64,000 nucleotides of DNA from Guillardia theta CCMP2712 (GCF_000315625.1 NW_005434609.1:241602-305601); one strand, 5' to 3'; numbered from the stretch's first letter, positions 26,355 to 40,716 are shown. Program-made: numbers and translations. The notes: a model not told the origin generated them from the sequence alone.

Positions 26355-28582
26355 TCATGCATTATTGTTACTTTGCATCTCTGTCTCTGAAGGGATCTGA
26401 AGATATGGGTTGTTGTGAGTTGGACGGAAGGCATGCCCGATCCAGACAAACAGGCAAAGAGTTGCAAACTCTTCTACCACAGTGCATACCCACGTGTACC
26501 TGCACTGAGAGTCACGAACAAGGGGGGAAAGGTAGACAGAGGGAAGGCATCTCTTCTGCATCAGCGAGAATGCAAAGGGAGGAAGAGGATGAGACGGGGA
26601 AAGAAGCGGCGGAGGAGAAAAAAGTACCTGCATGCGAGGAGAGTACCCATCATCACAACGAAAATACGAGTGAGATAGATGTAGCCAAGAACAATCATGT
26701 AAAATCTCCGGAAGAGCTGGGAAAGGGTGACTTGGGGCCGGAGGGAGGGACCAGCTGACCTTGAGCTTCTTCACGTTGTCCTGCGTCTTTCCGTCCGCCT
26801 CCCCCACCTCGTTGAGTTGCCGGATGGACCAGACTGGGTCGCGTCAGCGCCTCCTCCATCCCCTCCATCCCCACCGATGGACATGAGGACGCCGAAGCAG
26901 CACATGATGTCCGCCAGCTGTAGCACGTCTCTCCATCTGCAAGCTGGGTGTCAGCTCCCTTCTACAAACTACGTCGACATAGCACGTCTCCCATCCGCTC
27001 TGCGAGGACGGCAGCTCCTCCACCATGACGACAGCGGTGTTGACGACAACCTGCCGCCTGTCAGGCCTCGTCGGATGCTCGTGGATCTGCCTGGAGCAGG
27101 AGGATGAGGAAAAGAATCTTCTTGTCCCGCGACGAGAGAAAGGGTTTCAGGTATGACCAGCCTGACCCCAGCAGCAGTATCACAGAGAAGAACAGAAGCC
27201 CCTGTAACTTGTCAGCCCTCGTCCCTCCTACACGTCAGAAACCTTCAGGAACATGAAGACATGAGTCGCCGTCGACCACCCTGAGCTCCTTCCCGTCACC
27301 TTGTGGGGAAACCGACTCATCGCCAGAGGGCCACGGCAGACGCTCACCTGGAAGCGCGTGTATCGCATGGCCTGCAACACTGTGAAGACGATCTGTTGAG
27401 AGTCACGATCGTAGCAGGCATCACAGTATCGCTGTCAAACCTTGACGAGGCATGTCATCGCCATAAAACACTGAATCGGCTGCACATTGTCTCTGAAAAG
27501 CAGGTAAGGCGGTCGGGCCAGCCCTTCCCACTCACCGGTAGACCCACAAGACTGCCCCCCAGACCAAGAGAGCCAAGAAGAAGAGACAGGAGGAGAGGAA
27601 GAAACAGATGCTGAGGTCGAATCAGCGCATAGTATCGACGATACACTCCTCACGGCAAAGGAGCATCTCCAGCAGACAACTGATTGTGATTCGGATTCTC
27701 GGCAGTCACCGACCTTTCAACTTGTGTCACAGCAAACTTCGTCCCAACCAACATGCGCCGACAGGTCAAAGGAAACTTGAGTGTTGGCTTGACAGTTTGC
27801 ATACTCGACTGGCACATGACGTAAGTGACATGCTGGCAACTATCCGCCGCAACCCACCAGTGAACAGTCCATCGTAGTTGGTGAAAACTCGCGAGAAGTT
27901 GCTACAGCTTGTTCAGTCCCTGTTCCTCCAGGCGAGTCGTCTCTTACAGCTCTCTGCCTTTCACAAGAATGTTTGTTTGTTTCGCAGCTTGCATGCTCTT
28001 GCCGTCGCTCGTCCTGCAAAGAGCTTCAGCTGAATTGGTTGTTCGCAATTTGAGATCGTACAGGGGGCACAGAAAAGATGCTTCCTGCTCTGAGAGAGAG
28101 GCAAGTTCAGTGCACCGCCACTCAGTAGACGAGCAAAAGAGAGCATGGCTACTCTAGATCATTACCGACGCGGAACGAGGGGGGAGCCAACCGCACCATG
28201 AATCCGACCGTGGGATCTTCCCTACAAGACAGTCAATCGACCTCGCCGCAGTGACCTCCTTACATGTTGACAAGATGTCCTCGCTGATCCTTGATGAAGA
28301 TGTTCGTCACCTGACGATGATCGCCATCAGCGTCCCCTACATCACATCCAAGCCCTCGACCACCTTCAGATTCACTCGTCCTCCTCGTTCGAAGCAGAAA
28401 GGGAGTATGAGAAACCTTCTCCTGTTACCGGGCTCAATCAGGGAGTCGAGGAGGAGGAGGAGGAGGAGGAATCAGCTTCTCTTTCACCTCTGCTCTCCTT
28501 CAGCTGCCATCTCAACTTCCGTTCCCCTTGCCAGGCTGATCGCCATCGTCGCTATCATCGCCCAAGACATTCGCCCGACCAT
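26355..28582 (-). CDS. GPR107/GPR108-like (LUSTR/GOST) seven-TM protein
   Basis: WRDVLQLADIMCCFGVLMSI, WSIRQLNEVGEADGKTQDNVKKLK|LFRRFYMIVLGYIYLTRI, EEFATLCLFVWIGHAFRPTHNNPYL are family hallmarks. Confidence 0.88.
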
Positions 28583-29124
28583 TGTGCTAGCAGATATGAT
28601 TCGGTGTTGCTAGCAAACTGTGTTGGGTGACTCTCATCAGTGTCTGGGATTACCACTCAGTGATCGGACTAGTGCCGCCGCCGGGGCCGGGAAGCAGGCC
28701 CGACCGGGAGGAGGGGTACCCTCATCCCCCTCCGCTCCCCTACAGGGAACCTCGGGACGCGCCCTACCCACCTTACACTTTGAATGGGTGGGTGGGGGTA
28801 GATTGAAACAAGTGCCTCATTCCTGGTAAGGGGGTACCCGTACCACAGGAAAACTAGGGTGGTTAAGGTAAAGTCATGGGGTACTGAGATGTTTGTTGGA
28901 GGTACTGAGATGTTTGTTTCTCTCTCATTGAAGGGTGTACCCACCCTACCCTATAATTTAAGAGCCTCTTTTGCTAAAAATGGGGGGTGGCAGAGACAGC
29001 GGTGGACTTTGTGTTGGTGAAGGGGGTTATGATGATTTTCAGGGAAACAGAGGGGTACTATCTGAAGGGGTAGGGCAGGGGTGGGGGTTATAAGGGAAGT
29101 CCCCCGAGGAAGGCACAGGAGGCC

Positions 29125-30895
29125 ATGCACGCACTTCTTGTCGCTCTCCTCGGCCTCGCCACCGGCGCCAGCGCCTATGTCGGACCTGCCGGGTTCGTTC
29201 CCCGTGCTCGCTCGAGCCAGGTGAGGAGAAGACATGCCGTCTCGTGTTCTGTCTTGTACCCTTGTGCACACAATCCCTGTGCTTCCCTCTCCTAGTGGAG
29301 GGCTGGCGCGGTCAACCCATCTTGGAGGCGTTTCCCGTGAGAATGTTGTGTGACAAGTTGCATGTACCCTATGAAACCATCGATGATGTTTGTACGAGTT
29401 CATGCTTGCGCTCTTGTTGTAGACACTCTTGATTCGCATGTCGCACTTCAGTCTTGTAACATATTTTTGCACCTGAGCGACATGAATTCATAACAGAACA
29501 ATTAGACGTGTTCCTGTGCTGATCATTCTTTCTTCAGGCGATCTCTAGAAGCCAGGGCCATGCCTTCGCTCTCAGGGCTCCCCTCTCCTCTGCTGCTCAC
29601 TTCGGAACCCCCCTCGCTTCCCGCAGCACCTTCGCCAGCCCCGTCTCCCTCCGTGTCACCAACGACAAGGAGATGGATCTTGCTATCCAGCAGATCAGCA
29701 TGTCCCTTGCCAGTGGACAGAAGCCTGTAAGATGCGCAGGTGCCTCGAGCATGCCCTTGCTGACGGCTCTCTAGGTTGTCATCGGCCTCGCTGCTGACTC
29801 TGGCTGCGGAAAGTCGACCTTCATGCGCCGTGTGACCGCTTGCTTCGGCGGAGCCAGCAAGCTCAACCCCATTGGCCGTGAGACCAACACCCTCATCTCC
29901 GACATGACCACCGTTATCTGCCTCGATGACTACCATCTTAACGACAGACAGGGCCGCAAGAAGACCGGTGGGTGGAGAAATGTGTTGGTTTCCACAGGAT
30001 CTGACTCCCTGGACAGGCCTCACTGCCCTGGACCCGCGTGAGAACAATTTCGACCTCATGTACGAGCAGGTTAAGGCCTTGAAGGAGGGCAAGAAGATCA
30101 TGAAGCCCATCTACAACCACGTCAACGGAACTCTCGATGAGCCCGAGGAGATCACCCCCACCCCCATTATCATCTTCGAGGTACGTGCCTTGCCGTTGCC
30201 CAGCAGGCCCCCTGACGACTTTCCAGGGTCTCCACCCCTTCTACGACAAGCGTGTCGAGGAGCTCATGGACTTCAAGATCTACGTTGACATCACCCCCGA
30301 GGTCAAGTTCAACTGGAAGGTTCAGCGCGACCACGAGGAGCGCGGCCACTCCATCGAGTCCATCAAGCAGCAGATCGAGGCCCGCAAGCCTGACTTCGAT
30401 GCCTACATTGATCCCCAGAAGAACAAGGCCGACTGCGTCATCCAGGTTCTCCCCACCCAGCTTGCCGCCAACGACAAGACCCACCTCAACGTCAAGCTCA
30501 TCCAGTGCAAGGATGTTGATCACTTCGCTCCCACCTACCTCTGGGATGAGGGCTCGGACATCGAGTGGGTTCCTCCCAGGAGCAAGCTCGCCTCCAGCGC
30601 TCCTGGAGTCGGCATGAAGATCTACCAGAAGAACGAGAAGTGGGCTGGCAAGGACGCCGCTGTCATCGGCATGGACGGCAAGTACGACAAGATCGACGAG
30701 ATGATGTACGTCGAGAAGCAGTTCGCCTCCACCGGCTCCAAGTTTGTCGGAGAGGTCACCAAGAAGATGCTCGAGTACGAGGGCCAGCCCGGATCCAACG
30801 ACGGAACTGGCTTCTTGCAGACCATCACTGCCTTGAAGGTTCGTGAGATCTACGAGGGCATCGCCAAGGTCAAGGTTCCTGCCCAGGCCAACTAA
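29125..30895 (+). CDS. PRK: Phosphoribulokinase, plastid-targeted precursor
   Basis: VVIGLAADSGCGKSTFMRR, VICLDDYH, IIFEGLHPFYD, KPDFDAYIDPQK. Signal peptide MHALLVALLGLATGASA|YVG plus transit peptide. 4 introns, first at 29221-29537. Confidence 0.97.
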
Positions 30896-31011
30896 GCTTG
30901 CAGTGAAAAGCAAGATAGACTGTGATGATGAATGAAAGTGCGATTTGAATTTTCATGAGAATTTTGTTGTTTGCTCGATCGTATGACACAAGAACACCCT
31001 GCACTGACAGC

Positions 31012-32420
31012 CTACGTGTATTGAGTGAACTCTCCCAGCCCTGGCTCACCAACCTTGGGCATGGAAACTGCAGCCCTGAGTACCTTGTCCCAGAGGCTCT
31101 CCCCGATAGAGTGACTGTGATGGTCCACGAAGTCGTAGCCGATATACAGGATGGTTCCACATGAGCAGGGCCTTCCGCTCTCGCGCATGCTCGGGCACTC
31201 ACTCGGGATCACGTCCTGTGCGCAGGAGTATCCGTTGGGCTTCACGATCTGGCACTGCTCGTCTGGGATGGTGCTCTCGCAGTAGGTAAGCTGGAACACA
31301 GGAGAAGAGACGGGAGTTCCGTAGATGAGCTTCGTGTCAGGAGGAAGAGATTCCTTAGTGATAGTGGTGACGGAGAGGCCGGATTGTGGGATAGTCTCAG
31401 GCAGGTTGGCAAAAGCCTCCCGCGCATTCTGCGGCATCGAGGCTTCTGGCATCTTCTCAAAGGGCCCCTGATCGTAGACGGTCTTCTTCAAGTCAAAGTG
31501 GAAGAAGCGATTGATGAAGACCAGGGACGAGTAGTCGCCTCCTGTCATGATCAGCATGTTGCCGTTCGCAACAAAGCTCCTGATCCTTCTGGCCAGGTTA
31601 TCCTGCTCCGAAGTGATGGGCAAGTCTCGTTCCATGGGCGGGACCAGGAGAGTGTGACAGCACTTGATCGAGAGCGCTTGAAATTCGTTTCCGCTCCAGC
31701 TCCTAAGGAACTTTCCGTGCCCCGACATGTCATCAGTGTATCCGTTGCCAGTGAACGTCCCAAACCTGAATGTGGCTGGTCAAAGAGCCATGTTTGACCT
31801 GCTCTTGGCTACTTACTTGAGGACCTGACGGATTCTCTCGCCGCTGCTCGCATGGCCACGTCCGCCTACAGATTGTATCAGGCACACTGGCAGATTCTAT
31901 TACGTCGACTTTCACCTGAATATCCACTTGCCAAAGTTCCATAATCAGTGGACTGTCCCCAGAAACTGCGGGCCGCGTCAAGAGCGTGCGACTCTCTATC
32001 GGTTCTACTTACAAGTAGAGGTCAGTCGGAGGCAGGTAAGGGTTGATAGGTTGCATCCAGTCAGCCGCCGAGTTCAACAAGAGCATTTGAGTTCTTGCTG
32101 GGTTCCTTGACTTCAAACTGGGTACCAACAAAGGGTCAATCAATCCTATTTGGGAGAAGCAGGTCAAAGGAGACATTACCTTTCAATCTTCACCCCGATG
32201 CTGTTGTCGTCGACGTAGTCGCCGTTGGAACCGCCGTAATCCATGTTTCCTCGAGAGAAGAGCCTCTGGGAAGGACAAGCAAATTAGCCAACTTTTGACC
32301 CCTTAGGTCCAACACAGATGATAAAATCATCAACACAGCGAGGCTATCCGAGCACTACCCTCAGATCGGTTCACAAGCTCATTCCGATCAGCACATACAG
32401 CAAACTTGTTCCCTCACCAT
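31012..32420 (-). CDS. Hypothetical secreted protein, possible class I GATase-like fold
   Basis: 238-aa last-exon ORF with LLVPPME..RIRSFVANGNMLIMTGG..GTILYIGYDF..WDKVL. Upstream short exons approximate. Confidence 0.5.
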
Positions 32421-33832
32421 GTTTGCCAGCGGATCATTCGAGTCGCTAATCCTACCATGACCTGGCAATTGTGATCCCTCTGCCTGCTTCGCAAGCCATG
32501 CCCTCGGATGGTATCCTGCACCAGAGCCCCATCATTGCCGCTCACACTTTCATCGAGCGCGTCTACTGAATTTTACCTCCAAGGTCCTCCAGCTCTGTCC
32601 TGCCTTGGTTCGACTCCAGCCTGTTGGATATAAAACATCACGATCTGCCCCAATGTGAGAGGAGCTGGAGCTTCACCTGGTCAGGAGGAATCCTCCAAGG
32701 GCTACCGACAGCAGGCCAAGAGCCTGACAGGGGGTTGTCACGAGGAGAGCAATAGGATTATTGTAGAAACGTTCATTCAATGTTTCCTTCGAACCGCACT
32801 CCTCTCTTTGTCTCTGTCTCTGTCTCTCCTTCCAAACCTACTCTAGTCCCTTTCATCTTGTCCTCGTGGTATATCTTGCGTCATCAAAGTACAACATGTG
32901 ACTCAATTCAATCCTTCAGAGACATCATTTCTCGTTCATAATCCTGCTCCTGCTCCTGCCTCCTGCCTCCTGCCTCCTGCCTCCTACTCATGCACAGAGC
33001 TCACTTCTTCTTACTTACATAACCCCTCCTGTTTGTTCCTCCTCCATCCTTTTCCTCCGTCCTCCTCCTCGACTTACCGCTACTCGCCAACCAGCTGCCA
33101 TGGTCTCCCAAGAGTCGCGCTGTTACACTACGGTTATAAAATATCACCGTTACATTTAAAACCGCCGCATGTTGCCCGACTTCACTTGTAACAAGTAAAC
33201 TGAAAACAACATTTTATATATCATAAATGTGATAGTAACTTTAAAAAGTTTGTAATAAATGAAGCATTCCTATACTATTGGACTGTACCAGTAAATCGCT
33301 TTTAATTAAACATCTGACCCCTCCAGGGGGGTTCCATCTGACTTCCCAATGTCACTGAATTACTAGGGCCTAGTCATAGGCGATCATCATATATCCTAGC
33401 ACCAATATACTACCCCTACCCCCAACATAAAAGTGAGTATACCCCACCCCTCAGTTACAGGTCTAAAATGTATCTCCGACACCCGTACTCTCAGCCTTCC
33501 TCCGACTGGTTTGATATCCGATCAATGCCAACCGCTGGCGCCCGGAAGATCGGCAACAGAAGAGGCTATGGCGGGAGCCTAGGGAGAGGAAGGAGGTGAA
33601 GGAGGAAGGGTAGACACCAGTGAGAGAGAAGAGACATGCTGGAAGGTGCTGGACAGAGACGGCGTGAAGCCTCCCCAAGTCAACCATAACAGGATCGACT
33701 CACCTCAATTGGCTCGGCTTCCACGACGTGGCTTAGAGACTGAGCCGTAGCTGAGGCAAGGCAGGGCTGTCCGACTGTGTTACTGACAACTGTTTGTTAC
33801 AACAAGGGCAGTCACTAGCAACACCTCACATC

Positions 33833-36787
33833 ATGATGCAAGCACAGCCAACAACCGATGATTATCAAGCGTTGGGGCACACACAGAACATGTTTGAAGT
33901 TCTCGACGAGCTAGACAAGATATGTGCTGGTATGCCTCGAATCTTGCGACAGAAGCAACCAAGGAAAGCGATCCCAAAGGCTTCAGATCAGCGATCACAG
34001 CGAGCAAGAGGGGGAACCCCCTTGTATCATCATCACAATCTCATACATGGCAATCCTCGAGGCAGGACTCCTCCAGACAGCAGGTTTCGGTCCCTCTCCT
34101 CCATGAGCATCGTCACTCCATCAGGTCTCTCACCGAGTCCTGCCAGTCAAGACGTCGAAGGCTCGAAAGATGACCTATGGCAGCACCAGCAAGAAGCAGA
34201 GGACCGCGTCAGGTACTTACAACATCCTGCTGCTGCTCTCATGAGTGACTTGACTGGGATCATCTAGTGGAGGGGAGAAAGGGCACGGATGGGTAACAAG
34301 AAGCTGGGATGAATCGCTAGGGAGAGAATCGTTGACAAACGCGCGAAACTTTCCGAGGCTCTCCAAGTTGTCTGGCAGCAACACTCAGAGTCTTCTCAAA
34401 CTCTCTGCGTTCAAGGAAAGTCTGAAGATCACAGAAGGGATGATCAACGGCAAAGGTTTCTGCCGCACGCCGCTACAAGTCTTTGCTCTTGCTTTTTCTC
34501 CTTTCTCTCCTCGGACATCCTTTCAGCCTCCGTGATCTTTATGTCTCACATACTCACAATTTTCTTCATTACTGATTTCAACTCTATGACTCATCCTGGC
34601 CTTGGCAGAAGAATCTCTAACGTTGAGCAAGACCCAAACGATTCCTCGCTTTGTGAAGCTGGAGAAGTGGACGAAGAAAGTGTCTAAGAGTTTGTGAGTC
34701 TGTTGCTTCATTGTCCAGCTCAACTGACCCTGATATGCCATCACAGAGGTTTTCAATGTGACGTTCAGCAAATGGAGGAGAAGATGAAAAGCTTTGGGCG
34801 ACTCATTGTAGACGAGCTTGCAAAAGCTCACGCACGAGTCAGGTCTGCAGTGGCAGTGTGTCTGCTTGCGATGCTGGATTATCCTTAGCTTGATGATCAG
34901 GATGCAAGCTTTAAAGGACCAGATGAAAGGTGCGAACAAATGAAACTGATCTTGTTGTCCACTCTTCTCATATGAATGTGGTTGCCTGGCACACCCCAAC
35001 AACTGCCGAACTAGGCACTGTCTGAAATGATTTCCAGAGAGGAACAAGGAGAAAATCGCTTCCTTTCGCAGCTCATGGCCATCAAGCACGGCACAAGTCG
35101 ACGATGTGATGGTGGCGGAAGAGGAAGACGAAGTCCAAAGGGTGCTCGGGGCACTGGAGAATGAACCTCCTGCTGACTTCGAGTCCTTGCCTGAGCAAGC
35201 GCTGAGGGAGGCAGACGTGCTGCTCCTCGACTCTGCTGGGAACCACGTGGAGGTAACCAGGGTCGCCGTTGATTTGCTCTTTGAGCTTGCGGGCATGCTG
35301 CAAAGTAAGATTGGACAGCCCATCCTCGACCTGGCAAAGATCCTCCGCAAGTCGATCTATTCCTCTTCTTTCACCATCAAGAATCACCCTGACGAGCTCT
35401 CTGCCCCGATCTCCTCGCCCATCGTGGATGACCCCTTCTCTTCCTCCCACAGCAAGCAGGACAGGGCGCTGTTTGAGGAGATAGCCTACTTTGATCTGAT
35501 GAAGAGGAAGGAAATCTGGACCGCCAGCCTGCCGGGAGAGATAGAGAGGCTCTCCGACGAGCTTAACCAGCTCGTTACAGAGCTTAGGGCTCTGAAAGAC
35601 AGGTGAAGTGATTTTGTCCACCTCCGCTGCCTCTTCCTCTTCTCCCTTGCTTTCTCTACCACCTCCCACACTCTCCTTCACGTCGTGCTCCATCTCAACT
35701 TACAACCTCTGCGCAGCTGCGCCGAGTTAGAGAAGAAGGTTCAGCATCCTTCGGACGAGGTCAAGAGAGTGTACAAAGAGAACGAGCAGCTGTTGAAGGA
35801 CAACCAGCGATGGTTCGAGAAGTTCAAGGAAGCGACCAGCGCACACCTCGAAGCTGTCGCCATCATACAGCGAGTTTCACAGCAGCGCGACATTCTTGTC
35901 GCAGAGAACGATGTCCTCACGGCCAAGGTGAGAAGGCGAGGCAGGAGCAGGGTGAGATCAGATCGACGAGCGAGGAGAGTTGAGGAGGGATGGAGCAGGC
36001 GAGATGGGGGAGGAGCGGTGAGAACAGAGAGCAAAGCGCTGAAGAGAATAACGAGCGAGTGAAAGAGAAATAGAGAAGGAAGAAGGCAAGAGAGCAAGGC
36101 AAGCATGGAAAGAATCTTGTGAATGGGACTTCAGTCACTAGCCTCCTAGTAGCGCATCGCTCTTCTACCCTCTCACAATAACTCCTATAATCTCCCTAAG
36201 ACCTCCCTAAGACCTCTAAGACCCTTTAAGACACGGTCACTTCCATTGCTTCACCAAGAGAATCTCCTCCTCCTCCTCCTCCTCCTCCTCCTCCTCCTCC
36301 TCCCCCATTCACTTTGTCCTTCAGATCTCCGAGCTCGACCCTCGCCACACTGCCATCGATTCTCGACTCAAGGCGGCCATGGCGACGGGGTCAGACATCG
36401 CGCTCTACCCCAACAAGCACTTGGACCAGCAGGCAGAGATATCAAGGCTGCCATCGGACCCGCCGGAGGACGAGGAAGATTGGATTGACTCGAGCGCAGT
36501 TCAGGTCTCCCTCCTCCTCCCGTCCTCTCGTCCCCCCTGCTCTCCGTCCCAAACTCTGTTTTCAAGTTTCCCCACTTCCGTGTCGTTGGCGCCGTAGAGC
36601 CTCGAGTCTCCCGCTCTCAAGCGGCTTCTCCTCCCTCCTGCCGTCAACTCACTGTCCGAGTGACTGCGTCCCGCAGGTCTCCCGTGTCAAACTTCCCATG
36701 CTCAAGCACAACCAGTCGATAGTCGGTCGGCTCAAGATGAACCTGACGAGTCTCGCGGAGGCTATCGGGGAGGAAGCCTATGATTGA
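33833..36787 (+). CDS. Hypothetical coiled-coil protein (multi-exon)
   Basis: Exons include 33833-34212, 35037-35604, 35717-35927, 36324-36504 and 36677-36787, joined by GT-AG introns. Confidence 0.6.
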
Positions 36788-37239
36788 TCGGTGATCGGAG
36801 CAGCGTCACGAGTCGCCAAGTTTGACAGCCCACCGGGGGCCGCAGTGCGATCGGATCACGGCAGATTACTGAGTAAAGCCTGATTCGATGAGTGCCGAAA
36901 ATTGCCGTCACTGACTAGGGCCGGTTCCGTGGCCTGCTGGGTGACCTGTGACTTTTACTCAAAGTTAAGTTAAAAAGCAGTATTTTGACTCGGTCGTGAC
37001 TGCTGCGTGACTGCAAGAGTGCGGTCTACCATCTTTCTGGTCGACGTCGCATCTTCACGTGAGCAGGAAAGCGGAGGGGTCCTGGACGAGGAAGAGGCGG
37101 AGGGAGAGGAACAGGAGAAGGAAGAAGCACAGCTAGTAGAAGAGCAGGAGGGGATAACACAAGACCCATCGTACATAGGTAAGGAGGAGCTAGTCGCGTG
37201 CGAAGGAGGAGGCAACTTTTGTCGCGCCAGCCATAAACT

Positions 37240-37716
37240 ATGATAATACCAGTGAGGTGCTTCACCTGCGGCAAGGTAGTTGATCCAACTGTGGGTTATG
37301 GTGCCTGACGTGTTTTAGGTCATTGGGAACAAGTGGTACAAGTACCTGGACTTGCTTCACTGTGGCTATCAGGAGGCCAAAGCTTTCGAAGAGCTTGAAT
37401 TGAATAGATACTGTGAGTTTTGATAACAAGAGCGCAAGAGGCAGCCGGGGGGATGAGGCAGGGAGGAAGAGGGGAGAGGCAAGAGGGATCGACGAAGAGG
37501 GGAGGGGAGGGAGGCAGGGGGAGGCAGGAGGAGCCATGGGAGATGATGGCAAGGTGACTGGGAAATTTTCAGGTTGCAGGAGAATGTTGATGACGCATGT
37601 AGACTTGATTGAAAAGCTCATGGAATACAATCGTGAGATTTATTTTGACCTCATCCTTATGGATTGACTCTGCTCTTATCACAGCTCTCGAGAATACAGA
37701 CACAGGAGAAGACTGA
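37240..37716 (+). CDS. RPB10: RNA polymerases I/II/III common subunit RPABC5
   Basis: Exons 37240-37275, 37319-37412, 37573-37632 and 37685-37716 give MIIPVRCFTCGKVIGNKW...[23 protein letters not shown] (73 aa). Confidence 0.97.
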
Positions 37717-38199
37717 TATATGTATGACATAAATCAACGTTGGTCCTCCCTTATGGTCTATCGTGTGTTTTGCAAAGTCATCGTGTGTTTTGCAAAGTCA
37801 GCTCAGACGTGCTGGTCACGTTCTCCATCTGCCTCCCGCGCTCTATGTGCTTGACCTGTTGCTCCAGTTAGGTTCTTTGAGCCTTCCCTTGCTGCTTCTC
37901 CTCTCGCTCTTCCCTCCAGGTTGTTTTGATCGAATCTCCCCTTGTCTGTTTCTTCATATTCCCTCGCCCTCGTTTCCCTCTCGTTCATGTCCTCCCACTT
38001 GTCCTGCAGGGAAATGCGATGAGAATGTGAGGAGGAGGAGATGTAGGAAGGACGAGTTGCGGAAGGAGGCAGAGGCTTGCGCGAGTCTAGTTGCTGATGG
38101 GTAAACCTGAGCCTCCGAGGCTGAGCCTGGTCACATGGCTTGTACCTGACAGGAGTCCAATGGTTCATACAGTTCAAGCGCAGGGTTGCCAACAGCGGC

Positions 38200-39330
38200 G
38201 GCTCAGTCCGGAGTTCGATCACACAAGGCCGCTGATCGGACCGTGAGGCACCATCACCTACAAACCGTTCCGTCAGATCATCATCTGCGCGGGTCAGTGA
38301 CGCCGAACGGCGGCAGCAAACTCTCAGCACCGTGAGACTAAGCGGCTTATCAAGTTGACCCAGTCTGCAGTCCGCAACTGTCGGAGATCCAGGATGGAGC
38401 CTGAACTTGTGCAATGGAACCCGCCGACTAGCCCACCAGGCGAGGATGAGCCTAGTAACGCCGGGCCTTTCAAGTACTCAAAGTTAAGTTAAATCATTGA
38501 ATCAGAACGATGAGCTAGCTATCATGATGACCGTACGGTGCCAGTACGGTCACGGAGTGACTGAGTGACGGCCGCTCAGCCGGGCCGCTGGGCCTCAGTG
38601 TACTTAAGTTAAACGCCGGGTCACGGGAGGCTTCAAGTTAGTACCGTCCGTTAACTGTAAGTTAACTTGCCAAGTTGTTAAATTACGACCGGGGTGACCG
38701 GCCCGCCGGGGACAATCCGATGAGGCCGATGAGATACAAGGCTCAGGGAACCGCGGCACTGCGCCGCAAACCTTGACTCGGTGACGGTGGCACTGCCGGG
38801 TGCGAAGGAGGCTACCCGGCGCGGCCGCGGCCCGACTCGGGGCCGCGGGCCCGGCGCGACGATCGGAAGGTGCCCGGCGCACCGACTCAGCGAGCCTCGG
38901 AGTCACGAGTCCGATCGCCCAGGCTGCCGAGTCGAGTCCGGCATGATCCGGTCAGCCTCGCCGGGCCGGGATCCGAGCCTGGGCCCGGGCTCGGCCCCGG
39001 CTGAGTGCACCGTGCCACGGTGAACGGGCCGCGCGGCCCGTCGCCGCCACTGATACCGGCCCGTGCAGTGCCGCCGCACGGTGACCCGTCGCATCAGTCT
39101 ATACGAGTCACAGACTCAGAGTCATGGGCCGGCCGGTACCGAGCCGGGCTACCGTTTCCGAGTTCCGAAAGTTTACTCAAAGTGAAAGTTAAGTTAAATC
39201 AGGACGGCGAGGACAATCAGTACCTACTTTCTTTACTCAAAGTTAAGTTAAATATCAGTACGAAGGTACTACGGTGCGATGCTACCAGATACGCAGGTAC
39301 GTGCGATACGGAGGTACGCCAGGATGATGA
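38200..39330. promoter_or_regulatory. Large CCGG/palindrome-rich island with three TACTCAAAGT(T/G)AA motif copies
   Basis: Motif copies at 38475, 39173 and 39233; dense CCGG/GTAC/GATC palindromes. Confidence 0.5.
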
Positions 39331-39493
39331 GATTGCCGTTGCGCGGGAGTCGAACTGCTGACAAGCGACTCTCGGGCAGGTATTCGAAAAGAAGTGCTTT
39401 AAAGTGGCTTGCAGTCAATGCTGACCAGTATCTTTACCACTGGCAAGAGGGTTTTAAAAGGGAGCAACAGATTCAGCACAACACCAAATCTCA

Positions 39494-39901
39494 ATGCTGG
39501 TCCGCAACGAGCGATCCCTTTCAACCTCCTCCCTCCTCCCTCTCTCCCTCTCTCCCTCTGCCTCCCCTAACATCGCAGCAAACAGAAGACCTTCGCCATG
39601 CTCTGTTCCATCTGCCCGTAGGACTTCACAATCGCCTTTGCCCCGATCATTATCCCTGAATGCCTTATCTGTGTCTGAGCAATATTCATGGGACGAGCAT
39701 ATCGGAGCCCTAGGCATCGATGAGGATAGATTTGCACAGCTTTCAGACTGGAAACGAAGAGCGCTCGGCTGCATCGCTAGATCTATCAAGTACATCACGG
39801 ATGAGCAAACGCTGGAAGGCGGTAGCGTGGACGGCAAATTTCTTCGATGCTCTGTTGAGGGGGTAGAGGGAGAGGAGAGTACATGGGTCGAGAAATTATG
39901 A
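39494..39901 (+). CDS. Small protein with villin-headpiece-like motif
   Basis: LGIDEDRFAQLSDWKRRAL; paralogous to the ORF at 40717-40956. Confidence 0.45.
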   Translation: MLVRNERSLSTSSLLPLSLSPSASPNIAANRRPSPCSVPSARRTSQSPLPRSLSLNALSVSEQYSWDEHIGALGIDEDRFAQLSDWKRRALGCIARSIKYITDEQTLEGGSVDGKFLRCSVEGVEGEESTWVEKL

Positions 39902-40716
39902 GTGTACCCTGGGTATCAAGTACATTTGTGAGCTAGCCGGTGTCAGCTTAGTATGACAATCAGGAGTGTGGACTGTTAGAGGTGTTGAGGGATAAAAAGA
40001 TTCAGAATAAAGTTATATTGATATCAAGGAGTGTCCTCATCGATGTGTAAAACAGAGGTCCCTTCTTCCTGTTCACGTCTTTGTATGAATTTCAATGCGA
40101 CCTTCTTGTGGTGGAATACGATCTTGGATGCGACCTCCAAATGACTTTGACTTCATGGTTATTTACCTCTCTTCCGGATATCAACGATTGTTTGAATCAT
40201 TGTCTTTTCAAGTTGTAAACAACTCACTGCCTCTTAGTGTAGTCCAACCTCGGCACGTCATAACAGGCCATCATTAGCTGGATCACAAGGAAACAAGAAT
40301 CGGCAAAGCCTCTGATGCAAATTGCCAGGCATGGAGGTCTGTATGTAAGTTAGTGTATGTTGTATGCAACTACTACACGTAGTGCGATTCTTTGATCCGG
40401 CGTTATACATGTGCACAAGTGATTGTTTGCGACTACTACGAGTTTCTCAAAGCTGCACAGATATCATGTTTTCTTGGAAACTGATACACAACAGACGTGA
40501 TCTGACATGTGTAAATATTGAATTGTGAAGTGAGGGGGTCTGATGAGTAACAGCAGAATATGGCAACTTTCAAATAGAATAGCGTAATCCCGTTTGAGGT
40601 TTTCAATTATAGTTATTTGCCAGCATTGCTTGAACACCATTGTGATGATTTCATTCATTGAAAGTCTAATTTACATCGTACACAGTACTGAGCACCATCC
40701 ATAAGCTATCTGCTCA

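Noticed and set aside
29523-30913. Long antisense ORFs over PRK
   Set aside because: Shadow frames of a GC3-rich gene.
38604-39361. Arg/Pro/Gly-rich ORFs in the GC islands (also near 13091, 24148, 48060, 62427-63352)
   Set aside because: Stop-poor composition, no domain features or splice structure.
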